The notes under the pieces were generated by a model. That model ran no database searches. It was given only the letters and a program-made list of their open reading frames with translations, and was not told where the DNA came from. From the NCBI GenBank assembly GCA_018674305.1, contig JABHAL010000004.1:64446-128445 (forward strand): DNA of 64,000 nt, read 5' to 3'. A program made the translations under genes and the position numbers. Below are positions 9,707 to 18,860 of this stretch, in pieces; position 1 is the stretch's first letter; each line of letters begins with the position of its first letter. The stretch comes from Candidatus Falkowbacteria bacterium (lineage in GTDB: Bacteria > Patescibacteriota > Patescibacteriia > UBA11705 > JABHMO01).

Positions 9707-10216
9707 TTATGACAAACCAGATTCATGCAATAAGTTCTGATGCTCATCCTTGGCCTTTTGTTCACGAAGTTCAATTTGTTGTTTCTCGGTTCTTATCTTT
9801 CTCAGTTCCTCTTGAGAATGACGTAGTTTACCCATTCCACCACTAGATATAAATGATCCAACCAGCCCAAACCATTCTATCATTTCATCAAAAGCAATTA
9901 TTAATTTTTCCTTAGTTGGATCTTTTCCAAGATAGATATTCTTTCTCTTCAAATCAAGTAATGGAATTTGAACAGTAATTTCTTGGTCCAATTTTTTAAT
10001 TAGATCAGAAATACCAATCAAATCAACACCTGCTTCAGTAAAAGATGCAAATACCCCATGAACGCAATCAACGCAAATATATGCGCCAAGCTGTCCAAGT
10101 GGAACCTTCGTTACCTGATTATTACCGCTACAAAAGCCACATCGACCTTTTTCTCCTAGCGCATCGTTCATTTTAGGCCTCGAACAGTTAAGCAGATCAA
10201 TTTCTGCTTTTAACAC
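9707..10216 (-). CDS. Standalone protein with a ClpX-type C4 zinc finger, followed by an uncharacterised region and a C-terminal coiled coil
   Basis: CGFCSGNNQVTKVPLGQLGAYICVDCV matches the ClpX N-terminal zinc-binding domain pattern C-x2-C...C-x2-C. No AAA+ motifs are present. Confidence 0.55.
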   Translation of the reverse strand: MLKAEIDLLNCSRPKMNDALGEKGRCGFCSGNNQVTKVPLGQLGAYICVDCVHGVFASFTEAGVDLIGISDLIKKLDQEITVQIPLLDLKRKNIYLGKDPTKEKLIIAFDEMIEWFGLVGSFISSGGMGKLRHSQEELRKIRTEKQQIELREQKAKDEHQNLLHESGLS

Positions 10217-10296
10217 TTAAATCTTAATTAAATTTGCTATAAATGTCAACTAAAAAGCCAGCTTGAATAATATCCAAGCTGGCTGATTGATCATTT

Positions 10297-10557
10297 TTAG
10301 AAACGACCACTTTTGGCTTCAACATCTGCTTCAATCGCAGAAATCTGTTCCTGGGTAGGTTCGGGATCTACCTGTGCTCGAGGACAACGGAATGCGACCG
10401 TCACCCCCAGCATGTCACAAAGCTCCCGCTCAACACCACTGTCTAAAATTGAAGCTCTCTTGATTGCTATTACTTTATCTCGAAAAGCCAAATTTACTCG
10501 ATTTCCAACCACTTCAAACTTGATGCAACTACCACAACCATTCCCATTACCACACAT
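10297..10557 (-). CDS. Hypothetical Cys-rich 86-aa protein, GC-elevated
   Basis: GGAGG ribosome-binding site 7 nt upstream. N-terminal CGNGNGCGSC cluster. The overlapping plus-strand ORF translates to low-complexity sequence. Confidence 0.4.
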   Translation of the reverse strand: MCGNGNGCGSCIKFEVVGNRVNLAFRDKVIAIKRASILDSGVERELCDMLGVTVAFRCPRAQVDPEPTQEQISAIEADVEAKSGRF

Positions 10558-10795
10558 AGTGAACCTCCATAGTTATAATATACACCGACTAATTATACTA
10601 TACTATTATTATCAACTTGTCAAGACTTGACATTTTCTAAATTTAGAGTTATCATACTCTTAGTTTTATAAATTTTCAAAAGGGTCAGAAGAGCAAGAAG
10701 AGCTAGAAGGGACAGAAGGTAAGGTGGGATTACAGGAATTGTTTCCCCTTATCTTTCCTCTACCTCCTTTACCTCCTTTACCCCCTCTAATACTT

Positions 10796-11068
10796 ATGCC
10801 ACAAACTAGACAAGCAAAAAAAGCTCTTCGAAAAAGTCAGAAAAAAGCGGTAATAAATAAAGCTATCAACAGCACTGTTAAAACTTTAGTTAAAAAAAGT
10901 CGAAAAGCAGTATTAAGTAATGATGGGACAGCTGGAGAATTGATTAAAACAACTATCCAAAAAATTGATAAAGCCGCTCAAAAAGGTGTTATCAAAAAAA
11001 ATACCGCTGCCCGAAAAAAATCTCGCTTAATGAAGAGCCTAAATAAAAGCCAAGGCCCAAAAGCCTAA
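10796..11068 (+). CDS. rpsT: 30S ribosomal protein S20
   Basis: MPQTRQAKKALRKSQKKAVINKAINSTVKTLVKK...AQKGVIKKNTAARKKSRLMKSLNK matches S20. The start was taken at the internal ATG at 10796. The upstream PLPPLPPLPP stretch in the ORF track is unlikely to be translated. Confidence 0.8.
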   Translation: MPQTRQAKKALRKSQKKAVINKAINSTVKTLVKKSRKAVLSNDGTAGELIKTTIQKIDKAAQKGVIKKNTAARKKSRLMKSLNKSQGPKA

Positions 11069-11096
11069 ATCTAAAATCCTCTTATGTTTTTTAATC

Positions 11097-11798
11097 TTGA
11101 GAGGATTTTATGATAATTTTTTAAATGATCTTCTTTCGCCCTCTTTATCTTCTTGTCCTATGTCACAAAATAAAAAAACCGACCTTCTTTTAGCTATCTT
11201 CATCACAGTTTTGATCTGCGCTAATATTTTAGGTGTGAAAATTACAACCATTCTCGGTATTTCAGTTTCGGTTGGCATCTTCATGTTTCCAATAACCTTT
11301 TTAATTACAGACATTATAGAAGAAGTTCATGGTAAAGAAAAAACTAAAACTTTTATAAAAGCTGGTTCCATTGCGTTGATCATTGTCTTTGCCTACACAG
11401 CTCTTTCAATATGGCTAGGCGCAAGTGAAAGATATCCGCACGGAGAAGCTTACGCTACAATTTTTGGTAGTACTCTACGAATGCTTTTTGCAAGTTTGAT
11501 TGCCTTTTTAATTAGCCAGTATCATGATATTTGGGCATTTAATTTTTGGAAAACAAAAACCAAAGGTAAATATTTGTGGTTGAGGAATAATGCCTCAACA
11601 GTAGTCAGTCAATTACTTGATTCTACTATCTTCATGTTCATCGCCTTTTACGCAATTGCTCCGAAGTTCGATGCTTTATTTATAATTCAACTAATAATTC
11701 CTTATTGGTTATTTAAAATAGTAATCGCCGCCATTGATACTCCGTTTTGTTATCTTGGAGTTAAGTGGTTAAAAGGCACGAAATCAGGGAAGAAATAA
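11097..11798 (+). CDS. Integral membrane protein of the Vut_1/YhhQ (DUF165) family, a putative queuosine-precursor or vitamin transporter. The start is uncertain: TTG at 11097 or ATG at 11160
   Basis: Multiple transmembrane helices and the block SQYHDIWAFNFWK..YLWLRNNASTVVSQLLDSTIFMFIAFYA, reminiscent of YhhQ-family proteins. Confidence 0.55.
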   Translation: MRGFYDNFLNDLLSPSLSSCPMSQNKKTDLLLAIFITVLICANILGVKITTILGISVSVGIFMFPITFLITDIIEEVHGKEKTKTFIKAGSIALIIVFAYTALSIWLGASERYPHGEAYATIFGSTLRMLFASLIAFLISQYHDIWAFNFWKTKTKGKYLWLRNNASTVVSQLLDSTIFMFIAFYAIAPKFDALFIIQLIIPYWLFKIVIAAIDTPFCYLGVKWLKGTKSGKK

Positions 11799-11828
11799 AT
11801 CAAGGAATCACTTATTTCGGAGGAAAGC

Positions 11829-12032
11829 ATGGGAAGACTGCCAAACAAAACAACCGCTGAACTTCTTCAGCCATTAAATGTAAATCTAGGGCCAGAAGCA
11901 AAGAAATTTCTTGCAAGAACAGGGCCACCGGAATTCAAACATTGGCCGACCGAAGAACAGTTTGCAAAATTGAATATACTCTGCGACCAGGATGATCAAC
12001 GATTTTTGAAAGTAATCTCCCAGGCACAGTAA
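11829..12032 (+). CDS. Hypothetical 67-aa protein
   Basis: GGAGGAAAGC ribosome-binding site before the ATG. A terminator hairpin lies at 12040-12068. Confidence 0.45.
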   Translation: MGRLPNKTTAELLQPLNVNLGPEAKKFLARTGPPEFKHWPTEEQFAKLNILCDQDDQRFLKVISQAQ

Positions 12033-12155
12033 AACACAAAAGCGCTCAACTGAGCGCTTATTTTTTTAAAATTATTTTATACTAGTCTTGCTTGCCTGCC
12101 CCGAACCCGAGTGTAATGATTGGTGCGGGGTTTCACTTGTTTTACTAGTCTCGCT

Positions 12156-13169
12156 TCAAAGCTCAGCAATCAACAAATCAAACAGTAACTCAAAGGTAAT
12201 ATTTGTAGATTTTATCTTAATTTCAAAATCCAGTAACTGCTGATATATTTTTTTAATTTGTTCAATTGGAAAATTGCGCAGTTGACTCAAACTTTTCTTC
12301 ACTACGTAAGGATGAATTTTAAGTTGTTTGGCAATCATAGCTTCTGGTAAATTATCTTTTTCCGTAGCCTCCTTGATCTGCCAAAAAATTCTGAACTGAC
12401 GAACCAACATTGTCAACAAATATATTTCATTCGATCCGCTATCCAATTGATCTTGAAAAAGTTTTAATGCTTTTTTCTTATTCTTGGAACTAATAGCATC
12501 CATCAGTTGAAAAATGTCATCATTATACTTTCCCTTGACCATTAAATTAATATCTTCAGTGGTAACCTTTTCACCAGATTTGTAATTAGCCAACTTGTGA
12601 ATTTCTCGATCCAATTGCCAAAGGTCATTACCAATAATTGCTGCCAGTAAGTTCACTGCCTCTAGCGACAAATTGATTTCATATTGTTTAGCTTTATTCA
12701 AAATCCACTTCACTAAATTATTTTGTTTTGGTAATTGAAATTCTTCAATCTCAGCAATTGCCTTTTTGTGAAGACCTTGGATCTGTTTATAGATTTTATT
12801 TCTAGCATCAGGCTTTTCAGTTTGATAAAAAACCACAAAAAATCCTTCAGCTGGTTTTTTTAATGCACCAAGTACTAATTCCTGCACTTCCTTGTCTAAC
12901 TTGCTACCAGTTTGTAAAAAGTTTTTAAGAATAACTAACTTATTCATTCCAAACAAAGAATTGACTTGAAGTGCATTTTTTAAATCATTATTAATTTTGT
13001 CCTTTGAACCACTAGCCAATAAATCAAAAGAAAAAATATTCAAACCTGTATATTTCTTTTCAAATACCTCTCGCCAATAGACCATTCGTTGAAAAATCTC
13101 GTAATCATTCTCACCGTGCCACAAAAATAATTGTTTAGTTTTGTCTGACATATAGTTATATACTAGCAT
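12156..13169 (-). CDS. holA: DNA polymerase III delta subunit
   Basis: 337 aa. The N-terminus LFLWHGENDYEI and overall helical clamp-loader-like composition fit HolA. The likely start is the Met at 13151. Confidence 0.6.
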   Translation of the reverse strand: MLVYNYMSDKTKQLFLWHGENDYEIFQRMVYWREVFEKKYTGLNIFSFDLLASGSKDKINNDLKNALQVNSLFGMNKLVILKNFLQTGSKLDKEVQELVLGALKKPAEGFFVVFYQTEKPDARNKIYKQIQGLHKKAIAEIEEFQLPKQNNLVKWILNKAKQYEINLSLEAVNLLAAIIGNDLWQLDREIHKLANYKSGEKVTTEDINLMVKGKYNDDIFQLMDAISSKNKKKALKLFQDQLDSGSNEIYLLTMLVRQFRIFWQIKEATEKDNLPEAMIAKQLKIHPYVVKKSLSQLRNFPIEQIKKIYQQLLDFEIKIKSTNITFELLFDLLIAEL

Positions 13170-13300
13170 AAAATATCAAATTCACAATATCCAATACTAA
13201 ATAACAAATTCACCTCTTGACAAACTATTACATTTATTTTAAGCTGTTTTATTGATGTTCTTTGGCAGTAAAGTAGTAACTCAACTCACGAGGTGTTCTC

Positions 13301-14014
13301 ATGAAAGACAACGGAAACAAAAACTCAGTAAGTGCTTTGATCCCAGGTGATGCGCTAAATGGTCTGGTTCAGGTAGATACCAAACCTAAGACGCTAAGTA
13401 TCATGATTCTGGATCAATCTTCCTCAATGATGCATTATGATGACACTCCACAAACATGCATTAATGGAGTCATTGAAGAATGCAAAAACCCGAAAGATGG
13501 ACGAACTCAATTTTGTACAGTGATTGCATTTGATGACGAAGCAGAGATTCTTTTGCCACTAACCCTGGCAACGGAAGTTGTTCCGATTTCTAATTATCGA
13601 GCGAAAAATATGACTCTGCTGTGGGAAACAGTTTACCAGACGCTGAAAGTCTTCCGCCACTTTTATCGACAAGCTAACGGTCTTGCTGACATCAAAGTTT
13701 ACGTGGCGGTTTTCAGTGATGGAGACGACAACAAGTCAGACCGTGAACGCCAGCCCAGAAAAGTAAAGAAGCTCGCTAGAAGTGTGCGAGCTCTGGGATG
13801 GGAACTGTTCTGTTACGGGATTGGTATCGATGGTGAAAGGCTAGCTGAAGACATGGGCTTTCCTACCGATTCAGATCACGCCATTACCGTTGAAGGCTCG
13901 CCAGAGGCCATTGCCAACGTAACCAGACACTACTCTGATGCAACAACCACTGGTTGTTTTGACCCCAACTTTTTCAAAAAAAAGCAAAAGACAACTACTC
14001 CGCAGAAACCGTAA
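13301..14014 (+). CDS. von Willebrand factor A (vWA) domain protein
   Basis: MIDAS motif DQSSSM at the start of the beta1 strand. The rest follows the typical vWA pattern (TQFCTVIAFDDEAE, VYVAVFSDGDDN). GC is above the local mean. Confidence 0.7.
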   Translation: MKDNGNKNSVSALIPGDALNGLVQVDTKPKTLSIMILDQSSSMMHYDDTPQTCINGVIEECKNPKDGRTQFCTVIAFDDEAEILLPLTLATEVVPISNYRAKNMTLLWETVYQTLKVFRHFYRQANGLADIKVYVAVFSDGDDNKSDRERQPRKVKKLARSVRALGWELFCYGIGIDGERLAEDMGFPTDSDHAITVEGSPEAIANVTRHYSDATTTGCFDPNFFKKKQKTTTPQKP

Positions 14015-14020
14015 CAACTC

Positions 14021-14055
14021 ACCCCCACAAATTCATGAATTTGTGGGGGTTTTTA
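14021..14055 (+). terminator. Rho-independent terminator after the vWA gene
   Basis: cacccccacaaattcatgaatttgtgggggttttt. Confidence 0.7.
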
Positions 14056-14058
14056 ATC

Positions 14059-14087
14059 TTGACAAAATTAAAATAATCTATTATAAT
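14059..14087 (+). promoter_or_regulatory. Perfect consensus sigma-70 promoter, TTGACA-N17-TATAAT
   Basis: TTGACA at 14059-14064 and TATAAT at 14082-14087. It drives a ~150-nt leader upstream of the 14247 ORF. Confidence 0.55.
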
Positions 14088-14246
14088 CAAAAGTTCTATT
14101 TTTAACCATTTACATGGGGTTATAATGAAACTGAATCTGAGCTTTCAGCGGCATGGTCTAACTCAGGTCAATCTGGCCAAGAAAAAGATCAATGCTACTC
14201 CTATGTCTGACTCCTTCCCAGGTCGCTAAACCTGGAGGAGGACAAA

Positions 14247-14552
14247 ATGATCTATCGCGTACTGACAGCCAGCTTTAATGAACAGAACTATCCGTCTTAT
14301 AGCCAGCCGACATTCGGTGGCGCCTGGATGGTAGGCGGCGTATTTTGCGACGTACCTTTTCCTAACAAGAAGATTAATCCCAAGGCAAAATTCTTCTTCA
14401 CGGAAAAAGGTTGGCGAAATGGTAGAAACTATGTTTTGCAGCAGATTCGGGAGATGGGACTGACACACAAAATCATTTGTCGGAAAAACCCCAAAAGATC
14501 GGAAATCGTTTACCAGGATAAATTCCAGGTAGCGGTTCTGCCGAGAAGATAA
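14247..14552 (+). CDS. Hypothetical 101-aa protein
   Basis: Strong GGAGGAGG ribosome-binding site. A terminator lies at 14560-14589. No recognisable family. Confidence 0.5.
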   Translation: MIYRVLTASFNEQNYPSYSQPTFGGAWMVGGVFCDVPFPNKKINPKAKFFFTEKGWRNGRNYVLQQIREMGLTHKIICRKNPKRSEIVYQDKFQVAVLPRR

Positions 14553-14559
14553 CAAACAC

Positions 14560-14589
14560 AAAACCCACTACAGTGTAGTGGGTTTTTTC
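14560..14589. terminator. Bidirectional terminator shared with polA
   Basis: aaaacccactacagtgtagtgggttttttct. Confidence 0.7.
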
Positions 14590-14610
14590 TATACAAAATT
14601 TTTATATTTA

Positions 14611-17400
14611 TTAAAACTTAACTTTCATATCCTGCCAATTATCACCCACCTCGGTGTCAACCTTAATAGGCACACAAAGTTTGTGGATTTTTTCCATTTT
14701 TTCATCAATAATTTTTGCAACATAATCAACCATCTCTGATGGACACTCAATTACCAGTTCATCGTGAACTTGCAGTAATACTTTTACCTTTGAACTTTTA
14801 CCTTTCACCTCTTTATAAACTTCAATCATTGCTATTTTCATAAGATCAGCTGCGGTTCCCTGAATCGGGTGATTAATAGCCATTCTTTCAGCAGATGCAC
14901 GCACCTGTTGTACACCTGAATTAATTTCTGGTAAATATCTCCTACGCCCAAACATAGTTTCAACATAACCTTGATCCGAAGCGGTATCTTTCATGTTATC
15001 TAAATATTTTTTCACGCTGGCAAAAGATTTAAAATACTTTTCAATAAAATCTTGAGCTTCTGCACGGGTAATCTTTTTTCGACTGGCCAAACCCCAAGCG
15101 CCCATTCCGTAAAGAACTCCAAAATTAACTTCTTTGGCAGAGTAGCGCATCTCTTTAGTTACTTTTTCTAATTCAACACCATAAATCTTAGCTGCTGTTA
15201 CAGAGTGAATGTCTTGATCATCTTCAAAAACTTGAATCATCTTCTTATCTTTGGCTAAACAAGCGATCACTCGAAGTTCAACTTGAGAATAGTCAGCTGC
15301 TATTATTTTATTTCCTTTTTCTGCAATAAAACACTCTCGAATTTCCTTGCCAAGTTCTTTTCTAATCGGAATATTTTGTAAATTTGGACTTGAAGAAGAC
15401 AATCGCCCAGTCGCGGTAACGGTCTGATTAAAATCGGTATGAATTCTACCAGTTTTTGGTTCAATCAGCTTTGGCAGAGCTTCAATATAAGTTGATTGTA
15501 ATTTTGTCAACTCTCTATAGTCTTGAATTAATTCGATAATCGGATGACGATCTAACATTTTGTCCAATTCAGCTGCAGCTGTGGAAATTCCAGTCTTAGT
15601 TTTACTTAAACCTTCAATACTGATATCTAACTTCTCAAATAAAATTTCTTTTAATTGTTTTGGTGAGCTGATATTAAATTCCTGTCCTGCCAACTTGTGA
15701 ATTTTTTTAATTAAAGTATCAATACGAAGTTGGACTTTCTTTTGTAGCTCTGCTAAATGCTTAATATCAATTTTAATGCCGTTTAATTCCATTTCGACTA
15801 GAACTTCGATTAACGGCATTTCAATTTCTGTGAATAATTTCCAAAGTTTATTTTCTTTTAACTCTTTTTCCAAAATCCCAACCAAGCGAAAAGTATAATC
15901 AGCGTCTTCACAAGAGTAATCAGCCACTTTTTTCGGATCAACCAGGTCAAGAGTACTCTGACCCTTTCCTTTTTTACCAATCAGATCTGTAATCTTGGTC
16001 ATCTGGTATCCGAGTTCACGAAAAACCAAATCATCAAGCTTATGAGCTCTGGTACCAGGGTTCAAAAGGTAAGAACCAACCATTGTATCAAAATATACAC
16101 CTTCAGTTTCAATACCATTTTGTTTTAGAACCTTAATATCAAATTTTAAATTATGTCCTATCTTTTTCACATTTTCATCTGCAAAAATTTCTTTTAATTT
16201 TTCTAAATTCTTTTTTAATGGCTCGATATAATAAGCCTCGCCCGTTTTCCAAGAAAAGCTGATTCCTAATAATTTACATTGAAAAATATTTAACCCATCA
16301 GTCTCTGTGTCAAACACAAACAGTTTTTGTTTTTTTAATTTTCCATAGAATTCATCAAATTCTTTTTCTCCAACAACATGACAATAGTTGTGATTGCTTT
16401 TCTTGTCGTCACTCCGGACTTGCCCGCCTTGCCCGATGGCAGTCGAGGCAGGATCCGGAGTCTCTTGATCCACAGCCTGCCCTGAGCCTGTCGAAGGGCC
16501 GAAATCAGGTAGTCTATTTAACAAACTTTTGAACCCAAGCTCTTGAAAAACTTTAAAAACTTCATCTTTGTCATAAGGTGCAACTGCAGTATCATTTAAA
16601 TCAAAATCTACTTTAACATCTCGAACAATGGTTGCTAATTTTTTACTAAGGAATGCCTGTTTCTTGTTATCAATAAGTAAATTATAAATTCTCTCAGTCA
16701 CTTTTATATTATCGTAAGCTTTGGCCTCAACTTTTTCATACATTTTTTCCATTGAACCAAATTCTTTTATCAAACCAATCGCAGTTTTTTCACCAACTCC
16801 TGGAACACCTGGGATATTATCTGATGGATCACCGCGCAATCCTTTGTAATCAATAAGTTTCTCTGGCCCCAGGCCGTCATATTTTTCTTTTACACCCTTT
16901 TCATCATAAATAACTGTATCAGACATTCCCTTTCGCATTGTAAAAACTTGAGTATTGTCATCAACCAATTGCAATGCATCCATGTCACCAGTCACAATAA
17001 TCGACAAAACATCATCGCGATCAACTTGGCGCTTTTCACAAAGCGTGCCAATTACATCATCAGCCTCAAAACCAACCTTCTCATAAATTCTTATATTTAA
17101 AACATCCAGAACATCCTTAATGATCGGTATTTGTGCGTATAATTCATCAGGCTGTTTTTCCCTGTGCGCCTTGTAATCAGCAAACTCTTCGTGACGAAAT
17201 GTTTTTTCTTTGCGATCAAAAGTCACAGCAATGTACTCCGGTTTGAATTCTTTAACTGCCTTGAAAATTGTGGTAATGAAACCATAGACAGCATTTACTA
17301 ATGTGCCATCTTTTGTCATCATCGGAGGCAGAGCATGAAACGCTCGGTGGAGTACCGCATTACCGTCAACTATTATAAATTTTTTCTTTTTTTTACTCAT
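14611..17400 (-). CDS. polA: DNA polymerase I, with 5'-3' exonuclease, 3'-5' exonuclease and polymerase domains
   Basis: 929 aa. N-terminal FEN-like 5'-nuclease (GVPGVGEKTA), exonuclease motifs (FDTETDGL) and polymerase motifs (DYSQVELR, LLQVHDELV). Confidence 0.95.
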   Translation of the reverse strand: MSKKKKKFIIVDGNAVLHRAFHALPPMMTKDGTLVNAVYGFITTIFKAVKEFKPEYIAVTFDRKEKTFRHEEFADYKAHREKQPDELYAQIPIIKDVLDVLNIRIYEKVGFEADDVIGTLCEKRQVDRDDVLSIIVTGDMDALQLVDDNTQVFTMRKGMSDTVIYDEKGVKEKYDGLGPEKLIDYKGLRGDPSDNIPGVPGVGEKTAIGLIKEFGSMEKMYEKVEAKAYDNIKVTERIYNLLIDNKKQAFLSKKLATIVRDVKVDFDLNDTAVAPYDKDEVFKVFQELGFKSLLNRLPDFGPSTGSGQAVDQETPDPASTAIGQGGQVRSDDKKSNHNYCHVVGEKEFDEFYGKLKKQKLFVFDTETDGLNIFQCKLLGISFSWKTGEAYYIEPLKKNLEKLKEIFADENVKKIGHNLKFDIKVLKQNGIETEGVYFDTMVGSYLLNPGTRAHKLDDLVFRELGYQMTKITDLIGKKGKGQSTLDLVDPKKVADYSCEDADYTFRLVGILEKELKENKLWKLFTEIEMPLIEVLVEMELNGIKIDIKHLAELQKKVQLRIDTLIKKIHKLAGQEFNISSPKQLKEILFEKLDISIEGLSKTKTGISTAAAELDKMLDRHPIIELIQDYRELTKLQSTYIEALPKLIEPKTGRIHTDFNQTVTATGRLSSSSPNLQNIPIRKELGKEIRECFIAEKGNKIIAADYSQVELRVIACLAKDKKMIQVFEDDQDIHSVTAAKIYGVELEKVTKEMRYSAKEVNFGVLYGMGAWGLASRKKITRAEAQDFIEKYFKSFASVKKYLDNMKDTASDQGYVETMFGRRRYLPEINSGVQQVRASAERMAINHPIQGTAADLMKIAMIEVYKEVKGKSSKVKVLLQVHDELVIECPSEMVDYVAKIIDEKMEKIHKLCVPIKVDTEVGDNWQDMKVKF

Positions 17401-17406
17401 AATTAT

Positions 17407-18408
17407 TTAGTGACAAACATCCTGTAAATTTTTTATTTTCCAAATATTATCAAACGCTTCTTTTGCTGATAACTTTTCATACAAGACTCGATAAACTTGC
17501 TCAGTAATTGGTAAATCTAATTTCATTTTTTCATTCAACTTATAAACAGACGGTACAATATTCATAGCCTCAACCACTTTTCCATTTAAACCGTTAATTA
17601 TTTCATCAACGCTCAGCCCCTTTCCCAATTCTTGACCAAAAAATCTATTTCGACCGTGCTCAGACATGGCAGTAACTATTAAATCACCAACACCGGACAG
17701 TCCCATAAAAGTAATTGGTTTTGCCCCAAAATATTTACCAACTGAAGCCATTTCATTTAGCCCTCTAGAAATAATCGCTGACTTGGTGTTGACACCATAA
17801 CCTAATCCATCACAAAATCCAGCGGCTACAGCAATAATATTTTTTAATGCACCGCCAAGCTCTACTCCAATAATATCATCATTGCAATAAACACGAAAAT
17901 ATTCTGTTTCCAAGATTTCTTTCACCTTTACTAAACAATGTTTACTTGAATGACCAATCACCGTCTTTGACGGAATTTCTTTAGCGACCTCCCAGGCAAT
18001 GTTTGGACCAGACAAAGCAACAACTTCATGTTCCGTTCCCAATTCTTCTGTAATCACCTCGGATATTCTTTTATATGTTTCAGGTTCAAGCCCCTTTGAT
18101 AATGTAACAACAGTTAACGGCTTATCAATAAACGGTTTTATCTTTTGAATAATTGATCTAGTAAATTTAGACGGCACAGCATTAACAATAATTTCTACGT
18201 CCTTAGTCAACTCTGAAAAATCATCAACTGCAATCAAATTTTCAGGTAGATCAAACTCAGGTAAATACAAATCATTGCGATGGACAGTATTAATACTTTT
18301 AATAACTTCTGGTTCATTTGCCCAAATTTTTACTGAATAATTTTTTTTAGCCAATAGGCTTGCAATCGAAGTCCCCCAGGCCCCAGCCCCCAAAACAGCA
18401 ATATTCAT
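17407..18408 (-). CDS. gpsA: NAD(P)H-dependent glycerol-3-phosphate dehydrogenase
   Basis: MNIAVLGAGAWGTSIASLL Rossmann N-terminus, with full-length similarity to GpsA (GLSGVGDLIVTA). Confidence 0.9.
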   Translation of the reverse strand: MNIAVLGAGAWGTSIASLLAKKNYSVKIWANEPEVIKSINTVHRNDLYLPEFDLPENLIAVDDFSELTKDVEIIVNAVPSKFTRSIIQKIKPFIDKPLTVVTLSKGLEPETYKRISEVITEELGTEHEVVALSGPNIAWEVAKEIPSKTVIGHSSKHCLVKVKEILETEYFRVYCNDDIIGVELGGALKNIIAVAAGFCDGLGYGVNTKSAIISRGLNEMASVGKYFGAKPITFMGLSGVGDLIVTAMSEHGRNRFFGQELGKGLSVDEIINGLNGKVVEAMNIVPSVYKLNEKMKLDLPITEQVYRVLYEKLSAKEAFDNIWKIKNLQDVCH

Positions 18409-18492
18409 AGATTTATCTTAATTATATTTAGTAAGCCCATTATATCATCTTCTCGCAAAAATAAAACCGCTCATTTTTATGAGCAGTTATTG

Positions 18493-18759
18493 TTATCCTT
18501 TTAGCCAAATGTAGCCGAAAGAGAGAATCCCCATTCCCACACTAATAATCAATAGTTCTAATTCCAGTTTTTGTTCTTCGCGGTCAAAACCACCTCTGAT
18601 CCAGATAAAAGGGTAAATTATCGCAAAACCAGCGGCAATCAGAGACACTGCCGAAAAGAAGTTAATCATATTCGCAGCACTATTTATATAACCAGAAAAA
18701 ATGAACAAGATTGTTGCCAACGCGATCGATACCTTTATAGCTTTTTTCTGTTCTAGCAT
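18493..18759 (-). CDS. Hypothetical small membrane protein
   Basis: Three hydrophobic helices. No recognisable family. Confidence 0.4.
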   Translation of the reverse strand: MLEQKKAIKVSIALATILFIFSGYINSAANMINFFSAVSLIAAGFAIIYPFIWIRGGFDREEQKLELELLIISVGMGILSFGYIWLKG

Positions 18760-18860
18760 TAAATCCTCCCGTTTGACTAACTAATTTAGCAAACATGACC
18801 GAAACTGTCAAGATTCAATTTAAAACTCCCACCTTTTAATAAAGATAGGAGTTTGTATTG

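Noticed and set aside
10313-10630. Plus-strand 105-aa ORF overlapping the 10297..10557 minus-strand gene
   Set aside because: Its translation is low-complexity and it lacks a ribosome-binding site. The minus-strand ORF has a GGAGG site 7 nt upstream and a protein-like composition. Only one can be real, and the minus ORF is preferred.
12078-12157. Direct repeats ttatactagtcttgcttgc / tttactagtctcgcttca flanking a CCCCG...CGGGG hairpin downstream of holA, considered as a small mobile element or riboswitch
   Set aside because: Only 16-18 nt, imperfect, with no coding capacity and no downstream gene in either orientation. Most simply explained as overlapping convergent terminator structures.
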